61,978 nt of DNA from an uncultured virus (IMG/VR IMGVR_UViG_3300020435_000116) (IMGVR_UViG_3300020435_000116:62001-123978); one strand, 5' to 3'; positions 1 to 9,987 are shown, counted from the first letter of the stretch. Made by a program: numbers and translations. The notes: generated from the sequence alone by a model not told the origin.

Positions 1-546
1 CTGTACAGATACTTCAGCACCTGCGTTGTCAGGAGACATTACGTAAGTTGGGAAGAATGCTTCAGCAAACGGGTCTTGTACCGCAGCAAGGGCGTTGAAT
101 ACAATTGAGTGTGGAGCAAACTTACGAAGTTCAGTTTCATCGAACGCTTCGTTAGAAGGCGTTAGGCGGAAGTCCATTGAACCCGCTGAACCAAATGCTG
201 GAAGTTCTGCGTTGCTTTCTGTAGAAACACGCATTGCTTTCTGAGCGTAAACCGCAGGGTTACCGCTAGCAAGTAGAGCAATTGCAGCTGCTTCAAGACC
301 GATTTCGTTTACACGGAAATCTTCACCAAGCGTATCTTTAAGTACAGTGTTAAGCTCTTGTGAACCGTGTTCAAAAGACGCTTCAAGATCCGTACGTGCG
401 TTGTCGTCCAAAGACTCCAATGCCACAAGATTGTTCGCGATGGTGTGGTTAGACAGATCAGCACCTTGACCCTGCAGAAGCGCGGAGATGCTTGTTTGAG
501 CGGCACCTAAACCAGTTGCCTTTTTCTTGATGCTTAATAGGGACAT
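1..546 (-). CDS. Major capsid protein, N-terminal part (phiKZ gp120-like); continues beyond the window edge
   Basis: Missed by the ORF track because it is truncated. ATG at 546 reads MSLLSIKKKATGLGAAQ...PSNEAFDETELRKFAPHSIVFNALAAVQDPFAEAFFPTYVMSPD, open to position 1. Has several S/A/G-x-E prohead protease sites and sits next to DnaB as in phiKZ. Confidence 0.88.
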   Translation of the reverse strand, partial: MSLLSIKKKATGLGAAQTSISALLQGQGADLSNHTIANNLVALESLDDNARTDLEASFEHGSQELNTVLKDTLGEDFRVNEIGLEAAAIALLASGNPAVYAQKAMRVSTESNAELPAFGSAGSMDFRLTPSNEAFDETELRKFAPHSIVFNALAAVQDPFAEAFFPTYVMSPDNAGAEVSVQ

Positions 547-645
547 TATCGTACCTTTCCTTTCATTAACGTGGATTATTAAGAAGCGTGTGTCTCATAC
601 AGTGTGTGACACGAGTTTGCTTCTACAGGTTAAAAATGCGGATGA

Positions 646-1179
646 CTACGCTGCGTGACGCAGCTGCATCGCAACGTAGCTGGTATACAGTGGCGTCTTT
701 AGTATGTCGCCATGACTATAGCGTATCTGAAGAATGTTGAACAGTTCCTCATATAAATCTACAACCACTACAGGTTCTTCACTAGGCTCGACGCATAAGC
801 CTATAGTATCCGTGCCGATTAGGCAGGGTTTCATAGAGATAGACTCAATGGCGCTTCCTAATGTTTGCCCGAAGACTAAAAGTTGCGCCTGACTAGCGGT
901 ATCCTGGTACTGCATAAGTTTAATGCGTGCGCCGTCTTCTGGAACATCTGGCAACCCTTTAATAGTAGCATGAGGAAAACTTGCTGCTAATGCGTTAAGC
1001 CAAACGGTATCATTAGAACCTAGTCTCATAAGCGTGTTATAACAACAAGCTTGGTAGAACTGAACATCTTCGGGTGATAGTATAGACGACAATTTCTCAA
1101 TATCCAGCACACTGGTGAGAGGCTCGCCCAGACGCGCTAAAGTTTGCTTTAGCCAATGGGGTATAATGACATAATTCAT
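646..1179 (-). CDS. Hypothetical protein (phiKZ gp119 position)
   Basis: 177-aa ORF between capsid and DnaB genes; synteny only. Confidence 0.7.
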   Translation of the reverse strand: MNYVIIPHWLKQTLARLGEPLTSVLDIEKLSSILSPEDVQFYQACCYNTLMRLGSNDTVWLNALAASFPHATIKGLPDVPEDGARIKLMQYQDTASQAQLLVFGQTLGSAIESISMKPCLIGTDTIGLCVEPSEEPVVVVDLYEELFNILQIRYSHGDILKTPLYTSYVAMQLRHAA

Positions 1180-1233
1180 AAAGGGCCTTTAAACGGTAGT
1201 TGCGTGTGATTCATCTATACAATAGGAAACCTC

Positions 1234-2796
1234 ATGGACTCAAAACTCTTACTCGTAAAAGCAATTATGCTGCTGTATCGCGAGGGTCAATTAGAGGATA
1301 ATAGCGGTCAATCTGAATCGATTATCAAAGATGTAATAGAGGCACTTAAACCAACCTTCAACAGTGCGGTATCAGGATCGTCAAAAGACACACTCATTGC
1401 CCTTAGAGATACACTTCTATATATGCTAGAAGAACCGTCAGGGTATAAACATGACCGAGATACTATCATACAACGACTTCGTGTAAACATCATTGATGAT
1501 GAGTCGTTATTCAAAGCAGTTGAACTTGGCATGGTAGAGGTAGAGAGCGAAGAACGTATACAACAAATCTGCTACGACCACATCCGTACCCTTCGTCAAT
1601 TCTTATCAAGAAACACTATTAAGAACATCATTAAACAAGCATCGCAGGATGTACACTTTAATGAAGAGTCAGTTAACTGGACTAGTTTTACCGCCGACCT
1701 TGTTGAGAAGCTAGAGCCTTATACCAGTAATATGATTGAAAATGCACAAGGCTTGGTCACTGAATTAGACATTGATAACATCGATGATCTTGAAAAGGTC
1801 ATGAAAGATGGTAATGAGTCAAACTCTACAGAAGGCATCATGCGCTTAGGTTGGCAAGGTGTGAATCGAATGACAGGTGACCATGGTGGGATTAGACGTG
1901 GTGACTTCATTCTAATAGGGGCGCTACAGCACAACTTTAAATCAGGGATGTTAATGAACATTCCTAAGCATGTTGCGCTTTATAACAAACCTTACATGTT
2001 AGACCCTAAGAAGAAACCCCTCATTATCTATATCTCTTTAGAGAATAAGATTGAAGATAACATTCTTATCCTTTATAAGAACCTTAAAGAGAATGAGACG
2101 AAGGAAGAGTGTGATGTTTCTAACGTTAACATACAAGAAGCAGCGGCTTACCTTAAAGAGCGTTTAGGTAGGAACGGGTATCACTTTAAGTTCTTGCGTT
2201 TCGACCCAACTGACTTTACTTATCGTGATTTGTTTGAGCTACTAGACAGATACCAGGCTGAAGGCTACGAGATCCACCTTGTTTCCGTTGACTACTTGAA
2301 CATGATGAGTAAGCAAGGTTGTAACTCAGGTACTAATGAAGCATTTCGTATTCGTGAGTTGTTTAGACGTGTACGTAACTATTGTAACCCTAAAGCGATT
2401 ACGTTCTTAACAGCCCACCAGTTAAGTTCAGATGCTAAACAGTTAGTACGTATGGGTAATAGCGACTTTGTTAAGGAAGTGGCTAACAAAGGTTACTACG
2501 ATTCTGCTAAAGGTATTGACCAAGAGCCTGATTTAGAAATAACCATCCACATCGAGAAACCTGGAGATGGACATAGCTACCTTACCATGATGCGTGGTAA
2601 ACACCGTAAGTCAGGTAAGATTACACCAGATAAGGATCTCTTCTGCGTGTATCGCTTTGAGTCAGTAGGTGATATTCCAGATGATATTCATGGAGCTGAC
2701 CTATCCAGACGTTCAGTAGGTGGTGGTGTTAACAGTGAGCCAGGTGCTGGCGACAGTGCATGGTGGGATTTACCCAAAGGCGACAGTGCCGCATAA
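1234..2796 (+). CDS. dnaB: Replicative DnaB-like helicase (phiKZ gp118-like)
   Basis: Degenerate Walker A GALQHNFKS, YISLEN, VDYLNMM, TAHQLS and RGKHR motifs; RBS AGGAA. Confidence 0.9.
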   Translation: MDSKLLLVKAIMLLYREGQLEDNSGQSESIIKDVIEALKPTFNSAVSGSSKDTLIALRDTLLYMLEEPSGYKHDRDTIIQRLRVNIIDDESLFKAVELGMVEVESEERIQQICYDHIRTLRQFLSRNTIKNIIKQASQDVHFNEESVNWTSFTADLVEKLEPYTSNMIENAQGLVTELDIDNIDDLEKVMKDGNESNSTEGIMRLGWQGVNRMTGDHGGIRRGDFILIGALQHNFKSGMLMNIPKHVALYNKPYMLDPKKKPLIIYISLENKIEDNILILYKNLKENETKEECDVSNVNIQEAAAYLKERLGRNGYHFKFLRFDPTDFTYRDLFELLDRYQAEGYEIHLVSVDYLNMMSKQGCNSGTNEAFRIRELFRRVRNYCNPKAITFLTAHQLSSDAKQLVRMGNSDFVKEVANKGYYDSAKGIDQEPDLEITIHIEKPGDGHSYLTMMRGKHRKSGKITPDKDLFCVYRFESVGDIPDDIHGADLSRRSVGGGVNSEPGAGDSAWWDLPKGDSAA

Positions 2797-2842
2797 AAGC
2801 CTAACCACCCGGCCTCACGGCTAGGTGGTTAGCTTATGCCGT
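2791..2842. terminator. Bidirectional terminator hairpin; 52-bp element repeated exactly (inverted) at 30660-30711
   Basis: CTAACCACC...GGTGGTTAG stem between convergent genes, ending in TTATGCCGT. Confidence 0.85.
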
Positions 2843-3673
2843 TTAGATAAAGCTAGCAAGTACTGCTTGAGATATTTCATGGTAACGTTCACACTCTAGT
2901 AAATCAGGATGTTTAAACATACCTTTAGATTTACAGTGTCTGATCATCCTATCTTGCTTCTCACCGTAGTAGCCATTAAGCGCCGCACCTAGACGCAGGT
3001 AGTCTACGTAGTCTATACGTTTCTTAGATTCATCCGTTTCACGACGTCGCCAATGTTCAACCGCATAAATAACAGGTTGTTCAAATTCCCATTGCTTTAA
3101 GATCTGACCACCTAGGATAGGGGAAAGTCGATTGGCAGTTTCATTAAGAAACGCATCGGTAGCATACTCGGATGGGTTAGTCTCCGCCTCGTTAAGTATA
3201 GCTAGCATGCCGATGTTGTGGGCTAGGCAAGCAAGGAATAATGTTTCTTCTCTTATATGCTTTTGTTTAGCGCAGACCTCCAACGCCCCCATGGCGCATG
3301 AGGTCATAGTAACGGTATCCATCCATACTTCATGCATTTTAATTTGGATTTGTTTGTTCTTAGAATCAAACAACTGTTCCATCGCCATACCTATAGCTAG
3401 GTTTTTAAGCTTAACCAAGCCAATACGCTTACAGGCTTCGTGAATATCATTAATTGTTGACACACCACGCACTAATACAGTATTGGAGTAGCGTAGGATG
3501 CGGGTAGTAAGTGCAGCATCCGTTGCAACGACTTGACTAACATCAGTAATTGTTGAGTCTTCTAACTCAGCAGTTTGTTTTACACGTAGTGCGATATCAG
3601 GAAGTGTTGGTAGTGTTAGCGCATTGCTATTAATCTTATCCAGAATAGATAAAGTTAATGCGTTATGTTTCAT
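2843..3673 (-). CDS. HDOD-domain protein (stand-alone)
   Basis: LPTLPDIALRV, DAALTTRILRYSN, ACKRIGL, LAHNIG and ILKQWEF motifs typical of HDOD. Confidence 0.9.
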   Translation of the reverse strand: MKHNALTLSILDKINSNALTLPTLPDIALRVKQTAELEDSTITDVSQVVATDAALTTRILRYSNTVLVRGVSTINDIHEACKRIGLVKLKNLAIGMAMEQLFDSKNKQIQIKMHEVWMDTVTMTSCAMGALEVCAKQKHIREETLFLACLAHNIGMLAILNEAETNPSEYATDAFLNETANRLSPILGGQILKQWEFEQPVIYAVEHWRRRETDESKKRIDYVDYLRLGAALNGYYGEKQDRMIRHCKSKGMFKHPDLLECERYHEISQAVLASFI

Positions 3674-4938
3674 GATTGAACAGGCTCCGTTGTCATAGAA
3701 GAACTTAGCAATAACCGGCTAAGTTCGTTAGGGATATAACTCCCGTATAGATACTGAGTTATAATACTGCGGCTGGCTAGCTTACCCTCAGCCAGAAGTT
3801 TAAACTGTGCGAATTGAAAACCGTGATTTAAAACAACACCTAAGACCGACCGTTCGTGTAGAGGTAGGCGCTCCTGATGTTCTTCTAATGCACGTCGCAC
3901 AGGTCTTATATAATTCCAATCCAGTTGTTGGATGATGATTTCTTGTACTTTCTCTTTGAACGACTCCATCCAGATAGATAGCACATTGAAATTTATATCT
4001 ACATCTTGCATAGCCGCATGTAAGCTGTGCTGACTCTGCGTACGCCACTTATTCATTACACGCACCCTAACCTCGTCCTGATGGATACAGAATAATCGAT
4101 ATACCGTAATGTAGGTGAGGGTCTCTAACACGCCTATAATGCCCGTCAGGCGCTTATATGGTGTGTTATCTCCTAGAGTAGCTATGATTTGGCTAACGTA
4201 GTTAACGTTGTAGCTTAAAAGACGTCTAAATTTGATCTCCGCCGATTGACGTTTAACAACCATCCCCGTGTCGGTGGTTTGTTGTATAAGTAGGAGCGGT
4301 AACAATTCATCTATGGTATCTTTACCTAGCTGACCTAAAACTGTCTGCATGTTTTGACGTTTAACATCTACCTTAGTCAGACGTCCTTGATTCTGCTCAC
4401 GCAAAACAAATCTACCAATGCCGTCGGTTAGTGCGTCTGATTGCTGTACTAGTTTACTCAACTTCTTAAAATCCACATTAGGATGGTAAAGGACGTTAAC
4501 TAGATCAGGTATCTCGACCCCTATAGCTTTTAAAGGGTTTTCAGTTAATGCAATATCGATGGCTTTATATAACTCACGGTGATATAACTCACTTGCTTTG
4601 AGTTGCCATTCTTGATTTTTAGCATTTGCTTTAATTTTATCTTCTTGACGTACCCTCTCTATCTCTAATAGCGTTCTATTAGCAGGGAGTTCATTAGGTT
4701 GTCTAATACCACGCTTTAATATATCCTCGACGCTTGGCGTATAGCCAGCGGTAATGGAGTTGGCGTGTTGTGGGTTAAATAGATAAGTCTGACAACGCTG
4801 TCTTAACAGCCTTTTAACTAATGAGAATTGTTCTAATTGTTCTTCAGTCAGACGTCCTCTATCCAAGAGTAGTTTAACATTACGCATGGTCATTTGGTCC
4901 TTTATCGTCATAAGGTGAGGACCGTTACCGATCCTCAC
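3670..4938 (-). CDS. Divergent long HDOD-like protein
   Basis: Central IPDLVNVL..DFKKLSKLV..SDALT and VLGQLG segments and C-terminal IIQQLDW resemble an HDOD fold; ATGA overlap with the downstream HDOD gene. Confidence 0.6.
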   Translation of the reverse strand: MRIGNGPHLMTIKDQMTMRNVKLLLDRGRLTEEQLEQFSLVKRLLRQRCQTYLFNPQHANSITAGYTPSVEDILKRGIRQPNELPANRTLLEIERVRQEDKIKANAKNQEWQLKASELYHRELYKAIDIALTENPLKAIGVEIPDLVNVLYHPNVDFKKLSKLVQQSDALTDGIGRFVLREQNQGRLTKVDVKRQNMQTVLGQLGKDTIDELLPLLLIQQTTDTGMVVKRQSAEIKFRRLLSYNVNYVSQIIATLGDNTPYKRLTGIIGVLETLTYITVYRLFCIHQDEVRVRVMNKWRTQSQHSLHAAMQDVDINFNVLSIWMESFKEKVQEIIIQQLDWNYIRPVRRALEEHQERLPLHERSVLGVVLNHGFQFAQFKLLAEGKLASRSIITQYLYGSYIPNELSRLLLSSSMTTEPVQS

Positions 4939-5632
4939 TGCTTATCAACGTATCGCGAAGTCTAACAATGCCATCAAGGCATTTATTTAACGGTTCGGCG
5001 GGGAAATGGATTTCCTGGCCCTTATCACCGACGTCTAGCAATTCCTTAGCTGTTGCGGCGTGGTCAGTATAGAGATCTAACATGGCCTCCATGGCATCTA
5101 GCTTATCTTCTATGGTATTAGTCTCTTCGAGTAATTTACCAAGATGACTACCGTATTGATTTAAGTTAACAATCCAATACACTATCCCAGTTCTTACATC
5201 CCTTTCTCTATCCATCGCTAAATAGCTAAAAGCTGCTTGGCCACGATAAAGTTCGTGGATATCACGATTACGCTTCTCATCGATGTTAATGGTAATGTCA
5301 AAATGATTACGTCGAGCAGGTTTAAGACCTACTTTGTCAAACACATCCATGATAACATCTATAATACGCATGTAGGTATTATAGAAAGCATTAAAACGTC
5401 GAAAAGTCACGTAGTGGAGCTTGTTGGTAACATAAGACTTGACAGCCTTATCTACCTCCCCATACGCCCGTTTAGTGGGGTGGGGATCCTCGGCGGCATC
5501 ATTGAAGCACTGATCGCGTTGACTTGTTAGAATATCACGAATAGCGCCTGCCAATACCTTCTTTTCTTCAAGTCTCTCAATCAAAACATCAATGTTAGCA
5601 CGAGTAAAGCTGATGGTAAGTAATCGTCTCAT
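4925..5632 (-). CDS. Hypothetical protein
   Basis: 235-aa ORF with RBS AGGA, overlapping the start of the HDOD-like gene. Confidence 0.75.
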   Translation of the reverse strand: MRRLLTISFTRANIDVLIERLEEKKVLAGAIRDILTSQRDQCFNDAAEDPHPTKRAYGEVDKAVKSYVTNKLHYVTFRRFNAFYNTYMRIIDVIMDVFDKVGLKPARRNHFDITINIDEKRNRDIHELYRGQAAFSYLAMDRERDVRTGIVYWIVNLNQYGSHLGKLLEETNTIEDKLDAMEAMLDLYTDHAATAKELLDVGDKGQEIHFPAEPLNKCLDGIVRLRDTLISSEDR

Positions 5633-5662
5633 GCTTGTGTCCTGTAACGGTTATATCGCACC

Positions 5663-6214
5663 CTACCAGTTTAGAGATACAATCATAGCATGAGTATCTT
5701 CTAGGCTCACCTTTGCCTTTTGACCCATCCGTTTTGCGTTACGCTTCACTTGCTCGTCGCTATAAGAAACGCTACTATCCCACGCCCACTGTAGCAAAGC
5801 TTGACGCTGTTTAGGACGACAACTCTTATCACCCAGCGTACAGTTAGCGCTAATCTGACCTTGATGACGTGCTACAAAACTACGCCAACGTTTAATCTCT
5901 AACTCATCTTTCTTACCTAAACGACGACCTAAGTAATATAGACAGTACCATTCAAACCATCCGAAGGGGTAATCTGGATCGGTCCAGCCATTTTCTTTCC
6001 AAACAGACAATGGTTGACGGGATTTAACACCATAGTAGTTGATAGAGGGATCTGGATCATCTTTGGGACCTAATACCTTAGGGATATCGTACCATTCTTT
6101 AGGCAGACCCTTGACACTATTAATATACTTTCCTTCAAACACACCCATACGCAACATTTGATCGGGGGTGTAGCTGGGACCAAAATCACTGCTCCACGTG
6201 ACTTTATTACTCAT
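5663..6214 (-). CDS. Conserved hypothetical protein (GVFEGKY / GWFEWYC / RQALLQW family), possibly virion-packaged
   Basis: Recognisable conserved motifs; start moved to ATG 6214 behind GGAG; C-terminal SLE...SLNW tail. Confidence 0.75.
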   Translation of the reverse strand: MSNKVTWSSDFGPSYTPDQMLRMGVFEGKYINSVKGLPKEWYDIPKVLGPKDDPDPSINYYGVKSRQPLSVWKENGWTDPDYPFGWFEWYCLYYLGRRLGKKDELEIKRWRSFVARHQGQISANCTLGDKSCRPKQRQALLQWAWDSSVSYSDEQVKRNAKRMGQKAKVSLEDTHAMIVSLNW

Positions 6215-6248
6215 TACGTTCTCCACAACGTTAAGAATAGATGGAAAC

Positions 6249-6279
6249 AAAAAAAGAAAGGGACGCCGTAACGCCCCTT
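6249..6279 (-). terminator. Intrinsic terminator
   Basis: AAGGGGCG/CGTCCCTT stem followed by TCTTTTTTT on the minus strand. Confidence 0.7.
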
Positions 6280-6284
6280 ATCTA

Positions 6285-6932
6285 TCATGCATGATTATTT
6301 TCATAATAACGCAGTGCTTCTGCGCATTGCATTTTATTAGGGATCATAAAACTAGCGCTTAACGTCCCACCTTTCCAACTACCCACACCGACGCCTACTT
6401 CCTCGGCAAAATCAATTTCTGCGCGGTAAATCTTCCACGATAGAAAAGGGATCCAGCGAAATCCGATAGGGGCAACCTTAATATAGTAGACCCGCACATT
6501 GGCATCCACGCTATTAAGGTTAGGTCGGTCATGGTAATGTAGACCAACGGTCTCAGCAAGCGTATGTTCCTTATAAGGCTCAACAGCACTTACCCGCCAT
6601 GGTAGATCTACTAACTTAGAACCCCGTCCTCCTAGATAGAAGTGTAGCGATTCGCTTCTAATAAAAACACCGTACCAAAAACTTTCTTGATCTGAATTAA
6701 GGGTTTCTGTACAGGCCCAATTACCTAAATGAATAGTAATACATAGCCAGTAAAGGGAAAGCGTAATGTCATTTCTTCCCTCATCCCAACTGATCATTTG
6801 TTTGGTGGTACGCGTTAATAGAAAATGTAGCGAACGATCAAACTTAGGTATTGCCCATCGTATCTCCATCGCCCCTATTCTTAAACGGGCGGCGGTTAGG
6901 CATTTAGGAAGTAAACGTTTTTTAGTTAGCAT
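6285..6932 (-). CDS. Hypothetical protein
   Basis: 215-aa ORF with RBS AAGGA. Confidence 0.75.
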   Translation of the reverse strand: MLTKKRLLPKCLTAARLRIGAMEIRWAIPKFDRSLHFLLTRTTKQMISWDEGRNDITLSLYWLCITIHLGNWACTETLNSDQESFWYGVFIRSESLHFYLGGRGSKLVDLPWRVSAVEPYKEHTLAETVGLHYHDRPNLNSVDANVRVYYIKVAPIGFRWIPFLSWKIYRAEIDFAEEVGVGVGSWKGGTLSASFMIPNKMQCAEALRYYENNHA

Positions 6933-6963
6933 AGTTTATCCTTAAAAGGGTTTAGTTTATTAT

Positions 6964-7010
6964 AAAAAAAGAAAGGGGATCATAGTAGCTAGCATCTATG
7001 TAATCCCCTA
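6964..7010 (-). terminator. Intrinsic terminator
   Basis: GGGGAT/ATCCCC outer stem followed by TTTCTTTTTTT on the minus strand. Confidence 0.65.
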
Positions 7011-7029
7011 CCCCTTAAAAACTCTATTG

Positions 7030-7440
7030 TTATTTGGTGATATCTAGACCTAGGTCACGTAAGAAGCGAATCCCCTTACGCGTCATACCGTAGGCCATGT
7101 AACGACCGTGGCGCTCTTTAGCCAACAGGTCTTTCTTAACCAACTTATTAAGCATCTGTGCAATAGCCGAGTAACCCCATGGATTATCACCATTTCTATA
7201 GTAGCTCATGAAGAACCCTTCAACCTCACCTACGTAGACTAGAGGATATTTGCCATGGTGGTTACTATCTACAATAGCTAACGCTAATACGGCTGGCAGA
7301 CTCAGATCTGATAGGCGCAGCTTCACCATAATCTCAAGCGGTGTTAACTTAACATCATGCTTTTGTTTAAACAGTTGAATAACCTCAGCTGAGGCTTGTT
7401 GTACTTCTTCACGCTGTAGACGGGTAGTTTTAGTTTTCAT
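7030..7440 (-). CDS. Winged helix-turn-helix DNA-binding protein (PadR/MarR/ArsR-like)
   Basis: AIAQMLNKLVKKDLL followed by wing ERHGRYMAYGMTRKG. Confidence 0.65.
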   Translation of the reverse strand: MKTKTTRLQREEVQQASAEVIQLFKQKHDVKLTPLEIMVKLRLSDLSLPAVLALAIVDSNHHGKYPLVYVGEVEGFFMSYYRNGDNPWGYSAIAQMLNKLVKKDLLAKERHGRYMAYGMTRKGIRFLRDLGLDITK

Positions 7441-7940
7441 TATTTTGCTTCCTTGCAGTAATCAACCATGTCGAATAATGCTTTACCTAAGTTATAACGC
7501 ACGGTATTATCAATAGCCATGTCAGATAGCTGTCCACGCATAAGCGACCCATACATGCGTTTAATGTGTTCTGGCATATTTGCTACAATTACACCGTTGC
7601 TACCATAGCTGTAGCGATCAAACATAATAACGTTACCTACTGGTGTATTAGTTACATGTACTAGACGGTTATCTTCGGTTAGACCGATGAATTGAATACG
7701 CTTAGCTACGCTGGCGTCGTCTACACCGTGATCTAGATAGCCCGAGCCATTATTCCAATGGGTTGGGATTTGATCGATGATATATAAGTCATCGTCTAAT
7801 ACAGCATTGTCTTCAAAACCCGCAATTAGATTAACCAGCGCCTTAGCTAGACGACCTTCGTTATCTTTGATAAGTTGTTTGATGTTAGCGGGAGTTGCAG
7901 GTGTTAGGTTAGTAGTTGTTTCAATAGCAGTAGCTGTCAT
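7440..7940 (-). CDS. Hypothetical protein (putative early gene)
   Basis: 166-aa ORF with RBS AAGGA, coupled to the wHTH gene. Confidence 0.8.
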   Translation of the reverse strand: MTATAIETTTNLTPATPANIKQLIKDNEGRLAKALVNLIAGFEDNAVLDDDLYIIDQIPTHWNNGSGYLDHGVDDASVAKRIQFIGLTEDNRLVHVTNTPVGNVIMFDRYSYGSNGVIVANMPEHIKRMYGSLMRGQLSDMAIDNTVRYNLGKALFDMVDYCKEAK

Positions 7941-7995
7941 GTTAATGTTTCCTTAAAGATTAATAGTAACCCACGTTATAGTGGGGATACGGTGT

Positions 7996-8367
7996 TTAAG
8001 TTACAGGCCATAGTTTCTTTGCAATGGACATAAGTCTAGTATTTAAATAATAGTCTAGATTAAATGCTTTCGCTATAACGTACTTGCTTAACTCACGAGC
8101 GTCTTCAGAGTTTAACGTTTTGAGAAGTTTCTTGGAAAGACATTCAACCTCAGATAGATGTTTGGCTTTAAACTCCTCCATTAACACAATCCTCTCATCA
8201 CTGTTGGATGTTTGAACGTCGTCTACCATCCAGCTATCTTTATCGACATTGATAAAGAAACTTAAACATCTCATTAGACGTTTATTAATGGCCGGGTGAT
8301 CTTTAACTGTTAACTTGCTAGCACCTGTTAACATTGTTTCAGTTTCTGATGATTTTTTATTTGACAT
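7996..8367 (-). CDS. Hypothetical protein (putative early gene)
   Basis: 123-aa ORF with RBS AAGGAG. Confidence 0.8.
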   Translation of the reverse strand: MSNKKSSETETMLTGASKLTVKDHPAINKRLMRCLSFFINVDKDSWMVDDVQTSNSDERIVLMEEFKAKHLSEVECLSKKLLKTLNSEDARELSKYVIAKAFNLDYYLNTRLMSIAKKLWPVT

Positions 8368-8419
8368 TTAACTCTCCTTTAAAAGGGTAGGTCATTTTGG
8401 ACCTACCCGTCTGAGTTAA

Positions 8420-9232
8420 TTACTTGGTTTTAAAATTACCCATGCCGTCGTGGCTAGCTGGTACGAGGTTATTAAAGATCTTAGCTTCCTCTTTAACCTC
8501 CTCATCCATAATGTAAAAATCTTCAAATTTAGAAGATTTAATTACTTCACCATTTTTAACAACCATCCTGACTCTTGCTGATGCAGTTAACGTCAAGACT
8601 TTATCTGGACGTTCCAGACTAAGCTCTAGTAATAGAGCCTGAATGTCGTTAATACCACTGTCTGCATCGATAGATAGCACGTCTGAGACTTGATCTTCTT
8701 GAGATACAGTCCAGTATGGATAAACATACTCGTCTTTTTCGTGGGCTTCTTTTAACTCATTTACCATCTCAGCACCGTTTACTTTCACGTTAGTCTGATC
8801 ATCACCCATACGTTCTTTAAGCGCCACGAGACGGCGGGTAGAACGTAATTCACTATCGGTTTGAAGTTCTTTTAAATTAACAACTAGATTAATCATTGCT
8901 TTAAGGATACCCATGTAATCTTTTAGAAGATCTACACCGTAAGCCATTAGCTCGGTAAATACTTCATCATCAACATCAACGGTCAGTACGACCTCAACAT
9001 CATCTTTTATACGTAGCAGGTAACCCACCGTGCTTAGTTTATTTGCAACTTTAACATCAACAGTTATAGAGGTTTTTAACTGCTCTAGGAGCTTCGCTGC
9101 TTGGGCTTCAGTCTTTTGCTCACCCATCAACTCTGCAGCTAGTGGTTTAAGTAAGTCAATAGCTTGACTAGACTGTTCGCGAAAAGCAGCAACTTCTGTA
9201 CGGGTCATGGTAAATGTTTGTGTAATTCGCAT
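8420..9232 (-). CDS. Hypothetical protein (first gene after an early promoter)
   Basis: 270-aa ORF with RBS TAAGG. Confidence 0.8.
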   Translation of the reverse strand: MRITQTFTMTRTEVAAFREQSSQAIDLLKPLAAELMGEQKTEAQAAKLLEQLKTSITVDVKVANKLSTVGYLLRIKDDVEVVLTVDVDDEVFTELMAYGVDLLKDYMGILKAMINLVVNLKELQTDSELRSTRRLVALKERMGDDQTNVKVNGAEMVNELKEAHEKDEYVYPYWTVSQEDQVSDVLSIDADSGINDIQALLLELSLERPDKVLTLTASARVRMVVKNGEVIKSSKFEDFYIMDEEVKEEAKIFNNLVPASHDGMGNFKTK

Positions 9233-9289
9233 GGGTTTAATACCTTATTTAGTTTAAAGAATAATACATTATTGTATTTATTCACTAAG

Positions 9290-9307
9290 GTAATATAGAG
9301 GTATAAA
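9290..9307 (-). promoter_or_regulatory. Early (virion RNAP) promoter
   Basis: TTTATA-cctc-TATATTAC; TATATTAC is the phiKZ early promoter core; same spacing at 38436-38453. Confidence 0.75.
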
Positions 9308-9317
9308 TGTTACGGAT

Positions 9318-9348
9318 ACGGCATAAAGTAGGGACTAGCCCTACTTTA
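9318..9348 (-). terminator. Hairpin terminator with TATGCCGT tail
   Basis: TAAAGTAGGG/CCCTACTTTA stem downstream of dcd. Confidence 0.8.
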
Positions 9349-9364
9349 GTTAACTATTTAGTCA

Positions 9365-9982
9365 TTATAGCTTACTGCCGGTAATACCTGTCTGACCCTG
9401 GTACTTGCCCCCTCTATCACCGTAAGTGACGTTTGGGCGGACCTTAGATGCTTTAAACTCTATCTGCGCAATACCCACCCCTGCGTATATACGCATGGGT
9501 AGATTAGTACAGTTAGTGATCTCCACCACTAAGTTACCTTCCCAACCTGGCTCCAGCGGTGTTACCAGACTAAACATGCCAATACGTGCCCATGTGCTCT
9601 TATTAGAACATGTACCCATGACGTTATTTGGAATAGAGAAGTATTCTACTGTACGAGATAGCAACAACCCACCTGGAGGCAGGATAACACTGTCGGCCTT
9701 CACTTCTTCAACAAACTCACGCTCATCAAAGTTCATGATATCGATAATGCGACCATCGTTAGGTTTACTAAAGAGTTTAAACTCAGGGGCAAGACGGACA
9801 TCATACCCAAAGCTACTAAGGCCATAACTAGGAATACGTTGATCGTTGTCGTTAACTTTCACCGACGTATTAATGAATGGCTCAATCATAGGACGCTTTT
9901 TATTATTGACAATCGTTCCATCAATTTCGATAGAACAATCACCCGTACAAAGTGACTCTATAGCGTAATCTGGTATCAACAT
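9365..9982 (-). CDS. dcd: dCTP deaminase
   Basis: SYGLSSFGYDVRL, KSTWARIG, TPLEPGWEG and GKYQGQ motifs. Confidence 0.95.
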   Translation of the reverse strand: MLIPDYAIESLCTGDCSIEIDGTIVNNKKRPMIEPFINTSVKVNDNDQRIPSYGLSSFGYDVRLAPEFKLFSKPNDGRIIDIMNFDEREFVEEVKADSVILPPGGLLLSRTVEYFSIPNNVMGTCSNKSTWARIGMFSLVTPLEPGWEGNLVVEITNCTNLPMRIYAGVGIAQIEFKASKVRPNVTYGDRGGKYQGQTGITGSKL

Positions 9983-9987
9983 AACAA

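Noticed and set aside
309..506. 65-aa ORF-track call
   Set aside because: Out-of-frame overlap inside the truncated major capsid gene (1-546)
2749..2789. 11-bp direct repeat GGCGACAGTGC at the dnaB 3' end
   Set aside because: Two in-frame copies encoding GDSA in a flexible tail; too short to call an att site or target duplication
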